A stretch of DNA of 63,402 nucleotides, filler included, from Folioceros fuciformis (lineage: Eukaryota): assembly GCA_049999805.1 (NCBI GenBank). It is 5 parts of 5 records of this genome, joined end to end, with 100 filler letters (N's around TTAATTAATTAA, not from the genome) between each part and the next. Parts side by side here need not be neighbours in the genome. Positions count along the whole stretch, not along the records: positions 14,421 to 36,637 come from JBNGIO010004083.1; positions 36,738 to 50,416 come from JBNGIO010004085.1; 3 more parts are not named here. One strand, given 5' to 3'. Both the position numbers and the translations under genes were made by a program. Under the pieces are notes generated by a model. The model worked only from the letters and a program-made list of their open reading frames with translations, was not told the origin of the DNA and did no database searches. The stretch's first letter is position 1. The number at the start of each line of letters is the position of its first letter. This document shows, piece by piece, positions 25,277 to 37,824 of this stretch.

Positions 25277-28200
25277 ATGGAGGGTGAGTTGGGTTGTGGG
25301 CGATGTGTGAAATTGATATAGGTTTAAATTTGTGGGGACGACGAGATTGTCTGGATTATCTGATGGATGTTTGCTGGAACTTGCAGCGTCGCAGGAATCT
25401 TATGTGCGCTCGTCGTGGGCGTGGCTGACCACCACAGCCTGTTCTGGGCCGGTCAGGTTCTCCACACCGACGCTGGCTTTTTTTGTGGAACCGGAATCCC
25501 AGGGGGCGACCTTTGTCTCCTGGGTGGTGTACTTGCTGCTCGCACCGTGTCCGCAGCACCTGCTTGCGTTGGGGATCCACGTAATCTTTCTCCTCTTCCT
25601 CGTGCTGCTGTCGCTCCGGAAATTGAGCAATAGGTTTCTGTTTAAGAAGCAGCAGGCTGCTGGAGGGAGAATCGGGAAGGAAGTGAGTTCGAATCTGTAC
25701 TTTCGAGCTACCGTCTCTCTTACAGTGATTGTGAGCCTTTGCTACACGCTTGCAACTGTCTGGCGGGTCCTGGCCACTATTCGGAACGATTGGAAACCTC
25801 CCTTCGATGCACTGTATTCTGTGTTCCTGGGCGTTCAGGCTCTGGCATGGATTGCATTTGCGGTGACTGTGGCTCACGAGAAGCATTTCGGAGCTCTGGT
25901 TCACTCCTTTTCGTTGAGGGTGTGGTGGGCGATTAACTTCATACCATCCGTCCTGGCAGTTGTGTCTCTATCTCTTCGGGTTATTGTGGGTGTAGAGGAC
26001 CAAGGGCCAATTACATTGGAGGTGGATGATGGGTTTGTTGCTGCAACCTTTCCAATCACAGCGTTTCTGTTCGTGGTTGCACTGAGAGGGCATACCGGAA
26101 TCTCTGTCAGTGGAGGAGCAAATGGCTTGAGAGAACCCTTGCTAAATGGTCGTGTGGAGAATGGGAAGCATTCCCTAGCTAAAGACAGCGCCGTTGTGCA
26201 GACTGCTCCCGATAGCTATTATACCGAAGCAGGTGTTATCAGCAGGGCGCTGTGGCTTTGGTTGGGCCCTGTTCTGGAACGGGGCTCCAAAGCCACTCTA
26301 CAGCCGCAGGATGTTCCGCTGCTGGCTACCGAAGACAGGGCTGAGTTGCTGTATGCTCTGGTGCAGTCACGGATGCCCAAGGAGCTGGGCCAGAGCACTG
26401 TTGGCAGGATTCTCTTCGATTGTTTCTGGAAGCGTCTGCTGTTCAATGGAGCTTTGATGCTCATAAGGGTGTCTGTGATGTATGTGGGGCCAATTCTTAT
26501 CGCACAATTCGTCAGCTACGTAGCAGGAACCCGAGAACACTTGTACAAAGGTTACCTTCTTGTTTTGGTCCTACTGGCAGCCAAATGCACAGAGGTTCTG
26601 ACCTCCCATCAGTACAACTTCAGCAGTCAGAGGCTGGGAATGGTGATCAGATCTTCGATGATCACAACGGTGTACAGGAAGGGTTTGCGGCTGTCCAGTT
26701 CTAGTCGACAAGCCCATGGTGTCGGGCAGATAGTGAACTATATGAGTGTGGATGTTCAGCAGCTGTCGGACTCGATTCTTCAACTTCACAATTTGTGGGC
26801 ATTGCCTCTTCAGGTTGTAGTGGCCGTGGTTATTCTTTTCCAGGTTGTAGGAGTGTCTATGGTCGCTGGGTTGGTCACGATGATAGGCTTTGTGGCAATC
26901 AGTATCTCAGGCTCCCGACGACAGCGGGCTTGTCAAACCCACGTCATGGAGGAGAGGGATGCACGTATGAGAGCCACCTCTGAAGCACTGAATTATATGA
27001 AGATAATCAAGTTGCAAGCATGGGAGGAGCACTTCAGGAAGAAGGTGGAGGCGTGCAGGGAGAGCGAGTTTGGCTGGCTCGTCAAGTTCATGCAAACGAC
27101 CGGCCAGAACGTTTTCTTCCTGTGGATATCCGCCTCTGTCGTGTCCGTGGTGACCTTCACTTGTGCTACTCTCATTGGTTTTGAGCTCACTCCTGCAGCG
27201 GTGTTCACTGCAACTGCCACCTTCAGGATTTTGCAAGAGCCTGTCCGGTCATTTCCCCAAGCTCTTATTGCTATTTCTCAAGCACTGGTTTCACTGGACC
27301 GACTTGATAAGTACATGCAAAGCGAAGAACTGGATACAGGTGCTGTGACGAAGGTACCACGAGGAGCACAATTTGCTGTTAGTGTAGAAGGAGGCTCTTT
27401 TGCTTGGGAAGAGGATGCAGAAGCACCTACACTTTCCGACATCGACATCCACATTCGACCTGGCTCCCTTGTTGCAATTGTTGGCATGGTTGGATCTGGA
27501 AAGTCGTCCCTGCTTTCCTCATTGCTCGGAGAGATACCCAAGATTGCCGGCAAGGTAATGAGAGCCGCTGTTAGTGCTTTGTGATCAATCAGTCCTTCTA
27601 TGGCCCTTTCAGTCTGTACAATGCATAACAAAATCCTGTTTGGTGGAATCCAGGTAACTGTAAGTGGGAGCATGGCCTACGTCCCACAAACGCCTTGGAT
27701 TCAAAACGGGACAATTGAGGACAATATCCTGTTTGGACAGCCCATGGACACGGTCAAATACGCGCAAACAGTCCGGGTGTGTGCATTGGAGAGAGATTTG
27801 GAACTCATGGAGTTTGGTGATCAGACCGAGATTGGTGAAAGAGGCATCAATCTCAGTGGAGGGCAGAAACAACGCATTCAGCTTGCACGAGCTGTGTACC
27901 AAGACTCTGATGTATACCTTCTTGATGACATTTTTAGTGCAGTGGATGCTCACACAGGTTCAGCCCTCTTTAAGGTAAGCCTTGGAATTGTACGTAACAC
28001 ATTGACGTTAAGGTCGACACGTGCAGCTCGCCTCACGAGAGAGGAAATTTAACCACTGGTTCGGCATCGTCGCTGCAGGATTGTATTGGTGGAGTCCTGT
28101 CTGGCAAGACAATAGTGCTAGTAACTCATCAGGTTGAATTTCTACATAGCGCGGATCAGATATTGGTAAGCTTTTGCAAAGAGTATGGAAGTCAAGGCCT

Positions 28201-31134
28201 TGTGTGGCTTGTGCGCGAAAAGTCTGTGATGTTTCATTCAGTGATGTTCTGGGCTGTCGATTGCACAGGTCATGCGTGATGGGAGGATTGTTCAATCGGG
28301 CAAGTACAGGGATCTTCTTGAGGGAGGAACTGACTTTGATGCGCTAGTACAGGCACACAACCAAGCAATGGATTCCGTGGATGCAGACAGGGGAAATAAC
28401 CCTGATGAATTCGAGGACAAACATGGCACTGAGATCATGGCAAAGAGGGTTAAATACGCAATAGATGAAGCCAACTCTTCTGACGGATTAGCGAGCCCAC
28501 CGGTGGGGTCACCAAAAGGAGATGGAAGCCAAGGAGTCTCTATCTTCAAAAGTACGAGTTGTAAGGCAAGTCTGGAAAAGAAGCGGAACAATGTAGAACA
28601 GCCTGCACCTGCAAAGAAAGGGACAGCAAAGCTTATTGACGAGGAAAGAAGAGAAAGTGGCAATGTCGGGTGGCCTGTGTACTGGACGTACTTCACGACA
28701 GGCTATGGTTGGGTGGCTGTTGTGGCTCTACTCGTATTTCAATTCATCTGGCAAGCATTGCTCATATTGAGTGACTACTGGTTGGCTTATGAGACAGCGG
28801 AAGATCGAGCAAAAAGTTTCCAGCCTAAAAGGTTTATCCTCGGATACTTATACCTTGCAATAGGAGTCTGGGTGTGTGTTCTCGTCCGGACAGCTCTCGT
28901 TCTGGCAATGGGGTTAAAGGCATCACAGAGTTTATATGGAAGCATGTTGAGCGCTGTGTTTCGGGCACCCATGTCCTTCTTTGATACCACACCTGCAGGG
29001 AGGATATTGAGCAGGGTAAGAGTCTCAACCATGCCTTCCTCTCCTGCCGCCTGAGTTGTTGCATCTCCGAACTCGAAAATTTCTTTACCTCTCCTGTTGT
29101 TATGCAGGCCTCCTCAGACCAATCAACTCTAGATGTGTTTCTGCCCTTCTTTTGCGGAGGAGCTCTGGCAGTGTACTGTATGGCCATTGGAACACTATTT
29201 GTGATATGTCAAGTGACCTGGCAGGTCATTGCGATCCTGATTCCTCTGGGATTCGTCTACTTCTCTTATCAGGTGAGTGATTGCAATGCTTGCGTGATCT
29301 CATCCAGTAGTTGTTTGTTTCTATTCTTGAACTCCAATTGTGCTGGATGCAGGTCTACTTCCTTGCAACCTCCAGGGAACTCACACGCATCGACTCTATC
29401 ACCAAGGCCCCAGTCATTCACCACTTCTCAGAAAGCATTGCAGGATTTGCTGTCATTCGCTGCTTTCAGAAAGAGAGAGAGTTCTCGCAGGTGAATGTGG
29501 ACCGGGTAGATTCCAACCTTCGCATGGACTTCCACAACAACGCAGCCAACGAGTGGCTCGGCTACAGACTGGAAATGATCGGCACAATTGTCTTGTGCAC
29601 GTCCGCTCTTCTTTTGGTGGCCTTGCCACCAGGATTCGTTGACTCTGGTATGAGTCTCTGTGCACCTCAACATATGCTTAGTGTTCCGACGCCTGGAAAC
29701 CTGTTTACTCTCTTTGCTTCTTCCTCTCGCTCACATACATCCGGATGCAGAGCTGGTGGGACTCTCACTTTCATACGGGCTTGCTCTCAACACGTGCCTA
29801 TATTGGACTGTCTGGCTTGCTTGCACCGTGGAGAACAAAATGGTTTGTGTGGAGCGCATAAAGCAGTTCAGCAACATACCGAGTGAGGCTCCCCTGGTCA
29901 TCAAAGGAGCGGAGCCATCTCCGGACTGGCCACAGTTGGGCAACATCCGCTTCGTTAATTTACAGGTATGCTTTGAAATAGAGCTGCTCACAATCAGGTG
30001 CAAAGGACTCTCGTAGTGGAACTTCGTAGCAGACCCGTTCCTGATGCTGGCTCATGCTCACCTCCTTCCTTGTTTCTTTCATGGTTTCAGTTACGGTATC
30101 GGCCCAACACACCCCTTGTTTTGAAGGGGGTAAGGTTGAACATCAGGGGAGGAGAGAAAGTTGGTGTTGTCGGTAGAACTGGGAGTGGGAAATCTACTCT
30201 GTTGCAAGCTGTCTTCAGGCTTGTAGAGCCAGCAGGAGGCCAGGTGATCATAGACGGAGTGGACATCGCCACTCTAGGGCTCACCGATCTCCGTTCTAGG
30301 TTAGGAATCATTCCACAGGAGCCTACCCTGTTCGAGGGAACCATAAGAAGCAACATCGACCCACTTGGACAGTACGACGATCAGCAGATCTGGGAGGTAC
30401 AGTTCTACTACCTTGGGTGACAAAGCTTGGAAAACGGACGCTTGTATTTCCTCACAGTTCTACTATCTTGGGTTACAAAGATGGATGCTCGTCTTTCCCC
30501 TGTCTCGTCTCCTGCCGATGAACATGTTCCACGTGCAGGTGCTAAAAAAATGTCAGCTAGAGAGCATTGTCCGAGAGAAATCTGAGAAGCTTGATTCCGC
30601 AGGTGAGCAGTTTGTGAATGCCCCAGGGCTCTCATCATACACCGTTTCCGTGGTTTTCATGAGTGCATTGGTGATAAATGGCGTTGCTGTCTGTGTACAG
30701 TGGTGGACAACGGGGAGAACTGGAGCGTGGGACAGAGGCAGCTCTTCTGCCTTGGCCGAGTCCTTTTAAAACGTAGTCGCATTCTGTTCCTGGATGAGGC
30801 AACCGCATCTGTTGATTCCCAGACGGATGGGGTCATCCAGAAGACAGTCAGGGAGGAGTTCAATGACTGCACAGTGATCAGCATTGCTCATCGCATCCCC
30901 ACGGTGATGGACAGTGATCATGTCCTCGTTCTGGATGCAGGTAAGTATGCATGACAGAATTCCCAAGACGTTTCTGTTATATTCTTCGATGGATGGATGG
31001 ATAACCGATGGAATCCAATGTGTGGGACAGGTATGGTGACGGAGTACGACTCTCCATCAACCTTGTTGCAACAGCCAACTTCGCTGTTCGCAGCCCTTGT
31101 GAAAGAGTACTCTGCACGAGCAAGCACTCGGTGA
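25277..31134 (+). CDS. ABC transporter subfamily C (MRP4/ABCC4/ABCC14-like), multi-exon
   Basis: TMD0, [19 protein letters not shown]1 [10 protein letters not shown] / [17 protein letters not shown] and NBD2 GRTGSGKST / NWSVGQRQL. Ends [17 protein letters not shown]. Inferred 7-nt first coding exon 25277-25283 is spliced to 25387. Confidence 0.95.
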
Positions 31135-32757
31135 TGCAGAAGTTTTGGCAGCAGCCTGCACCTTGAGGACAGGATGCACTCCTCCAAATTTTATGGATGG
31201 ACGAACGAGGAACACTCCCTACGGCCAAGACCTTTGGAGCTTTGTCTGCAACACCGTCTTTGTCTCCAGCTGTATAACATCCCGCAAGTGCACACGTAAG
31301 CAGACAGGTGCAGAAAACTAAATTCCAAAAGGAAACCTGTTCAGACCACACCAATGAGTGTAACAGCCCACAAGAGCGCATTCAAGAAGTCAGCAGTCCA
31401 GGAAACTGACATGTACCATGAAACTTGCACAGATCATGGAAATAACTGTCACGTCGAAGCGCCAATGCCTATTAGCATTGAGAGAGCCTACGTCAACAGG
31501 TAAAGTCCACGATTTTACTCGCACAGAGGAGAACAATCTCAGAATACAACTCCAGACAAGACCATCCTGACCTCGTCAATAAGGTCCATCTCTATGACGA
31601 GCGAAGGATATAATTTCTGATGGCATGCAGCAGCCCCAGAACATAACTCAGATTTCCCGGTGGGTCGTACAGCATAGGAAGATGGGGAATGCTCCATGGA
31701 AGCAGTCTGACAAGATCATTCTCCGTGTCAAGATTATTGTTGGTGACTTGTAGAGAGACTGTCCCCGGCGACAAAACATGTCGGCGGAAGCGCGCTCTTT
31801 TCCACTCCGTTTTATCATCAGTAGAGGTTCTGCAGTCTACGATCACAAGCGCAAAAACGGATTCCATCCCAAAGCAGGAGGGAACCCAGGCTTAGTCACG
31901 GCCCTTTTATCTGACTTCTTTCGCTGGTCAGAGTTGGCCGAGTTCTCCTGCACTTAAGGATACATGTCCGTATGTACAGTACGACGTTTTTCTCCGCGTT
32001 ATATCCCAGAGAAGGTATCTTTTCATACAGCCCGCTCCTTGTGGGAGCTAATCTCTTACGACTGCGTGCCAGTGATGACAGCAGACAACTGTTCGCTTCC
32101 CTCCGATACTGTTCTTTTGCCTTGCCCATCATGGTGGATGGGGAAATTCCCTATCTCAAGAACCTGCAGAAGAGCACAGAGACGCACTACAGGAGTCCAT
32201 AAGGGGGCCTCCATCATTTCAGGCAATATTGCTGTTGAGAAAAGCGCATGGTGAAATGAAAATGTTTTGATCGTACCACTGATAAAAATGACAGCGCGGC
32301 CGAGGAAAGGCATTACTGAAAGACCAGACGTTGGCAACAAAATCTTTGACTTCAGGAGCACATCAGAGAACAATTTCTATTATATACAACTCCAGACAGA
32401 GACCAGCTTGGCCTCGGTAAACAATGTTATACTGCGGGTCTGTCCCTCTGACAAGAGCGAGATGGCGTAGCTTCGACCATATGCTGGACTTTGATAGCCA
32501 TGCAGCAGGTCCAAAGCCTAGAATCCGCAAATACAGAAAGCACGGCTTGCGCTGTACTAACAGCTCTGACGGACTGGCTATCCTCCACTCTGGGAAAAAG
32601 TTAGTACTAATGTCATCGATGACACAGGTGACTCAAAGATGGAAGGCGCAAAAACGTTGGCGGAGAGCTATCCTGTTGCCTTCCTCCGATCACACCAGGA
32701 CTCGAAACAACTGTAAATTAAGGAAGAAGATCCACGAACCTTGCCAGCCAAGATTTT

Positions 32758-34848
32758 TCACAAAGCCTTGGACCCCGAAGGCTCCTCGTCCTCAGGTAGA
32801 CCATCCTGCTCTGCATAGCTGACACCCATGATATCAGTTTCTAGTTCGTGAATCAACTTCTCCATCATCCTCCTGTAAGACGGCATGTAGTGGTCGTGAA
32901 TCATCATTCTGGATAATCGAATCTTGCCGTAGAGTCCTCTGTGAGTCAAATACAATCCAATGGTATCAGAACTTGTAGGGCCATCGTCATCTGTACAAGG
33001 CCCGCAAACCATATGCATGATTCGTCCAGGAGGGAAGAAGCGATTATGTGAGCTGCTCGAGGCCGATGAGGAAACAGTAGGATCGGTGACGATATTGCTA
33101 TGACCACTGATGGTAGCATTATTTACAATATCCACCTCCTCCTTGGTGATCTCCCTCGCAGCCTCTTCTACTTCAGGACCAGCAAAGCTAGTGCCCTTGT
33201 CCCGTTGCCTTTCGATTTCATGCTCTATCTGCTGCCAAATATACTCTTCACTGGGGATATCTTCCACCCCATGATGATTTTCCAGGTTTCCTTCCTCGTA
33301 CTCATCTCTGAAATCCTGTCCGTACACACTCCCTTCAAAGGCTGAACCGGAAACCAGATCACCAGTGCGTTTGACACCCCTGCACTCAACATCCTCACTG
33401 ACCCGTCCAGCGGGCCCCGCTGTCTCCGCAGAATCACCAAGCTCATGCTCCATGGAACTTGTGGGTAGCATAGTCTCAGTCAGGCTGCTGTGTGATTCAA
33501 CGTGTTCACTGCGACAGACCACAGCTTCTGCACTGTCCTCCTCAAGTACAGCCTGATCCGAAGCCGCCGCAGACTTTACAGTAACTGACCTCCTGCGGGC
33601 ACCCATGCAAGACCAGCCGACAAGCCCACCGTTTGACACAGGTCGCAAAATCGCACCGGCACTAGTGCGTGCTGCTTTTGCAACCGCAGCCGAATTGGGG
33701 TAGAGCTGAAACGACGCCTTCGAGATGCTTGCTATGGAATTCCCAAGAGCGGATGCAGAGCGCACCAAAGTTTTAAGAACCCTAGTACGCTCAATTTGCT
33801 CTCGGATATCATTGACCCAGGCAGATCTCGAGGCAGTGACTTCAGCCCGCAGATCATCCACAGAGGCAGCCGAGAAGGTGGGCACCAGATCCGTACCATT
33901 TATAAACGATGTGACAAACGGTAACCCTGAGACAGCCAGCTCCCATGTCATGCAAGCAGCAGGTGCAAAACAGATGCAATGAGCCGATCCAAACGCATCC
34001 TGTTCCCGAAGAATATAAGTCAACAGAGCAGCAGTGCCTCCTCCAAGAGAATGCCCAACAATCTTCAAACTGTAACAAGGATACTCCTTCAAAGCTTCCA
34101 AAAGCTTGGGTGTGGCATGCTGAGCAATCCACCTAGCAGCTGCAACCATGCCACAGTGAGCATACCCAAGGACCAGGCTCTGCACACCGCCCTCATCAAG
34201 CACGGTGTGATGGAAAGGCACCACAGCCCCAGTCAAGGCAGTCAAGGTGTCCTTCGTGCTATGCGTTCCTCTAATCAGCAGCAAAATGCACCCAGCCTCC
34301 TTATCCAGCAAGACCGTAAACGCAGGCCGCAGCAATCCCGCCTTCCCTTCCTGCACAAGCACATCCTCGCTCGCATACCCGCTCTTCTCCAAAAACCTAG
34401 GAAACGGGTTCTTCGAGAAGAGAATGCACAGATTGAGCAACCTCAGCAGCTCCCTCAACTCCCCCAGCACCCGAGGCCCTCTCAGCTGGCTGGCATCCTC
34501 CAGATACACATCCGCCACCCGCAAATGGCTCTGCTTCCTCAACAGGTAGTTGATGCCGAACGCCAAATCCCCGATTGGCCACTTTCCCAAAGTCTCCGCA
34601 TAAGTGAACCGGAGCGTCTCCGTGATGGTGGAGATGGCCTCATACCAGGTAAAGGGCGCCCGCGCAGGCTTGGGAGGCTCAACCCTCCTGCGCAAGAGAC
34701 CGGTCGTCTGCTCCTGCTGCTCCTTCTCGTCTGTGCCGGCAGACCCCTCGGCATCCTCAGCCGCTTTCACAGCCCAGGGAATGCCCCACTTTGTGTAGTA
34801 GAACACAACCGCAGCCCCCGCTGCCGTCGCCATCGCTGCAGCTGCCAT
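32758..34848 (-). CDS. Lipase class 3 / mono-diacylglycerol lipase family protein, intronless
   Basis: ETLRFTYAETLGKWPIGDLAFGI N-terminal domain, IRGTHS, GYAHCGM, nucleophile elbow VGHSLGG, DLVPTFS and DHYMPSY. Confidence 0.93.
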   Translation of the reverse strand: MAAAAMATAAGAAVVFYYTKWGIPWAVKAAEDAEGSAGTDEKEQQEQTTGLLRRRVEPPKPARAPFTWYEAISTITETLRFTYAETLGKWPIGDLAFGINYLLRKQSHLRVADVYLEDASQLRGPRVLGELRELLRLLNLCILFSKNPFPRFLEKSGYASEDVLVQEGKAGLLRPAFTVLLDKEAGCILLLIRGTHSTKDTLTALTGAVVPFHHTVLDEGGVQSLVLGYAHCGMVAAARWIAQHATPKLLEALKEYPCYSLKIVGHSLGGGTAALLTYILREQDAFGSAHCICFAPAACMTWELAVSGLPFVTSFINGTDLVPTFSAASVDDLRAEVTASRSAWVNDIREQIERTRVLKTLVRSASALGNSIASISKASFQLYPNSAAVAKAARTSAGAILRPVSNGGLVGWSCMGARRRSVTVKSAAASDQAVLEEDSAEAVVCRSEHVESHSSLTETMLPTSSMEHELGDSAETAGPAGRVSEDVECRGVKRTGDLVSGSAFEGSVYGQDFRDEYEEGNLENHHGVEDIPSEEYIWQQIEHEIERQRDKGTSFAGPEVEEAAREITKEEVDIVNNATISGHSNIVTDPTVSSSASSSSHNRFFPPGRIMHMVCGPCTDDDGPTSSDTIGLYLTHRGLYGKIRLSRMMIHDHYMPSYRRMMEKLIHELETDIMGVSYAEQDGLPEDEEPSGSKAL

Positions 34849-35526
34849 CCTGAGACATGAAACTCCCGAAAGCCTTCACCAACTCCTCCACCACAATCAA
34901 AACCCACCGCTATCAAAACCGATTACACCACCTCACACCGCAACCGCATCACACACCCCGCATCAGATCCTTGCCCTGGATGCGTGGCGTGTAGAAATCG
35001 CAGCAACAAGCACCCCACGTGGCGTCCACAACGCCTACAGTAAACAGTGTGCCCTGGTGACAATGGCCCCTGCCTTCTCACAAACATGGCTATGGCAGGC
35101 AGCCAAGGGCTTTCATATACTAAGCATATTCCGGGTAAGATACCATCCTTCCTCACGACTCGTAGTACAGTACCGATAGAAAAGGAAAAGGAGCACCTCA
35201 CCCTGTTTCTATACTCGCCAGCCGTCGACCATCGCATACCCATACCGTATCGCATGCTGCGCTTCAAACCCTAGCCAACCAAAACCCTCAACGTGTTTAG
35301 AAACCGTAGCCAACCAAAACCAGAAGCCGGGATGACCTGCACAATCTGCTTCTCCGCGCAACTCGCTGCGAAGCGCGCTCGACGAGGGTCTTGTGGAAGG
35401 GGAACGGAAGAGTCGAGAAGACGAGAGTAGGAATGGGAACGAGCGCGGGCGATAGGCTTACCGCGCGTGCTGCGCTAATATGGCTGCCGGGGTGGCGCAT
35501 CGCACAGGGTGCAGAAGGAGACCACA

Positions 35527-35961
35527 ATGGTAGGAAATGTGTGCCTGGTGTGCCAGTGCGAGCTCTCCTGCCCCGTGTGCGTAAAGGATGAGAGACAAGG
35601 ATCGCGACGGAGCCTGATGTCGTGCTTCGGTGGCAGGGGCGGGGTGGTGTGCGATCGCAACGCAGGGCATTCTCTGCAAGACAGTCTCTGCTGCCCGCGC
35701 TGCTACGTTAGGGCAAGACAGGATTTGGACGAGCAGTGGAACAGGAGCGAGCGGCTGAGATCGGAGCTGGTCCTACTCAGGAACTTGCCTTCTTGCAACC
35801 CTGTCACGTCTCCCACTTCCATCGCCCTTGCTCTGCACCGGCCCAAGCCTCCCTACTCCACCATTCCAATACCTGCCGCCGCTGTGGCCTCTGCTGCCAC
35901 CGCTCCGGAACCCCGACGCGGTGCGATCGCGGAGAGGAAGGCGGACTGCACCATCTTGTGA
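35527..35961 (+). CDS. Hypothetical 144-aa Cys-rich protein with C-terminal CaaX box (CTIL)
   Basis: ATG in good context (ACAATGG); CLVC, CPVC and CPRC pairs, a short heptad segment, a Pro/Ala-rich linker, and terminal RKADCTIL*. Confidence 0.55.
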   Translation: MVGNVCLVCQCELSCPVCVKDERQGSRRSLMSCFGGRGGVVCDRNAGHSLQDSLCCPRCYVRARQDLDEQWNRSERLRSELVLLRNLPSCNPVTSPTSIALALHRPKPPYSTIPIPAAAVASAATAPEPRRGAIAERKADCTIL

Positions 35962-36637
35962 TCCAGGTTGTCCTCTGCCAGGCCATGCCGCATCAGGTAC
36001 TACTCCCCTGGGCCTCGCGGGTGCCCTCATGCGCAGGACGCTGAATTCTGCTCCTCGAACACCGGAGAGGCACATGAACATGAACTCAGGATTCATCCTT
36101 CATAAATTCCAAGACATCCGTCCGTCTCAGCAAGCAGGCTCGGTCACGTGGTGGTCTGAGAGCAATGCTCTTTATCCTTTCTGTGCAGCAGGTTCTGCCT
36201 TTCCTTCCAAGCCAACGTGCTGTGGACCCTCAATGCCGGAGCCTCGTGCTCTGCGTGAGCACCCATCAACCAAGGCAGTCAAAGATTGAAGTTATTGTTA
36301 TCTTCAAACACTCCCTTTGAGACGAACATTTTGAGTCAATGTACGTACTTTGCTTGTATCCCGTCGCATGGATGCTGGCGCCCCTGCACATGCCGGATTC
36401 CCTCTCTTTTCCGTATAGAATTGAACTCAGGTCGGGGGATTACGTAGTAGATTGTTCTGTTGCATCGAACGAGTTTGATGCATCTTTTGGGTCTTTCTCA
36501 GACGAAAATTACACTTCTCATCATAGATGAAAACAACAGCCATCAAATATTTCATATGTGAACGCGTATCACGAATCGTGCGTATCGTACCTGGCAAACG
36601 GTCATGCTTAATTGACGTTGCGAGCTCTATGATTTGA

Positions 36638-36737
36638 NNNNNNNNNNNNNNNNNNNNNNNNNNNNNNNNNNNNNNNNNNNNTTAATTAATTAANNNNNNN
36701 NNNNNNNNNNNNNNNNNNNNNNNNNNNNNNNNNNNNN
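36638..36737. other. Artificial scaffold linker
   Basis: N44-TTAATTAATTAA-N44. Confidence 0.97.
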
Positions 36738-36968
36738 GGTACCGAACCTAAACCTTCCCAGCTCTGGGACCAAACCTATACCCACTCTTATAACCAAACC
36801 CACTATTTCTTGGTCAATTAACCCAATTAGCACAAAGAAAAATAGGAAAAATGACCAAAAAATCAAGGAAAATTAGGGAAAATAAGTTGAAAAAGAAAAC
36901 CAAACCATACCACTATTAACCCTTTTTCAACCAAAACAAACTACTACCCCAAACTTTGGAGGTTCACA
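36738..36968 (+). mobile_element. 3' end of an LTR (second family), truncated by the scaffold start
   Basis: Ends ...AAACTTTGGAGGTTCACA; reverse complement of 50072-50302 and of 48661-48881. Confidence 0.85.
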
Positions 36969-37644
36969 GCGCACCATATGATCCAGAGGATCACTCTAAA
37001 TCACTCTAATTCGTTGGAAATGCAGGTAGAAGAGCTACAACAGTCCATGTGAAGCTTAGCATTATTAACATTTGAGGATATGACAAGAATTGTTGATGTT
37101 GGATATCCAACAATGACAGCTGAAGAGTATCTGAACTTTGAAGAGGATGAAGGATTTGAGACTACGTATATTCTTATAGAGGACAGAATATGACAAGCAT
37201 TAATCCCTTCGCCTATCAATGAAGAGGGTGAGAAGAATGATACAGCGTCAGTGGAGACCATAGCGCCAAGACCGTATACGACAAAGGATGTCGTAGATAA
37301 TGTTATGAGGATAGCGAAGAGATGCCATATAACACTCTTGATACTTTGAAGTCGCATTCTCAGTGGGAAAACCATATTGTTAGTCATTGGATGAAAGCAA
37401 CTCAACATCAATAAAGGATTGATGATTGTTTTAACCCGGCAAACTAGAATTAGGTTGGCAGCTATGTAGTATGATGGAGCATTTTGGATTTTTTGAAAGC
37501 TTTTAAACTCTTTCGATTTAAAGGATTTTTTTAAATATTTTTATTTTCAAAAAAGATAAAAATGCCTAAACGGGAACTCCTCTACGATTTTTGCTACGAT
37601 TTTTGCTACTCCCAATTGTTCGCAATTAGAGGGGTCTGACTATA
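36969..37644 (+). mobile_element. Probable pogo/Tc1-mariner DNA transposon relic (right end)
   Basis: Stop-interrupted acidic frame EELQQ...MTAEEYLNFEEDE resembles pogo transposase C-termini. Ends GAGGGGTCTGACTA-TA, resembling a CAGT-type TIR with one G to A change plus a TA target. Confidence 0.45.
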
Positions 37645-37687
37645 CCTTGGGATACAATCTCTAGAGTCTAATATAGATATGTTGCAC

Positions 37688-37824
37688 AAACCCCATAGGT
37701 TTCTAAGGGACAGCTATGCGCAACCTTCCTTGCAAACGTCGAGCACAATGTGAATGTTGAAACCCCATAGGTTTCTAAGGGACAGCTATGCGCAACCTTC
37801 CTTGCAAACGTCGAGCACAATGTG
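37688..37824. repeat. Perfect 65-bp direct duplication (period 72)
   Basis: AAACCCCATAGG...GAGCACAATGTG at 37688-37752 and 37760-37824. Confidence 0.9.

Noticed and set aside
37688-37824. Direct repeats as a CRISPR-like array (also 6855-6932, 24136-24226, 59801-59862)
   Set aside because: Only two units each, no unique spacer series, eukaryotic context and no cas genes.
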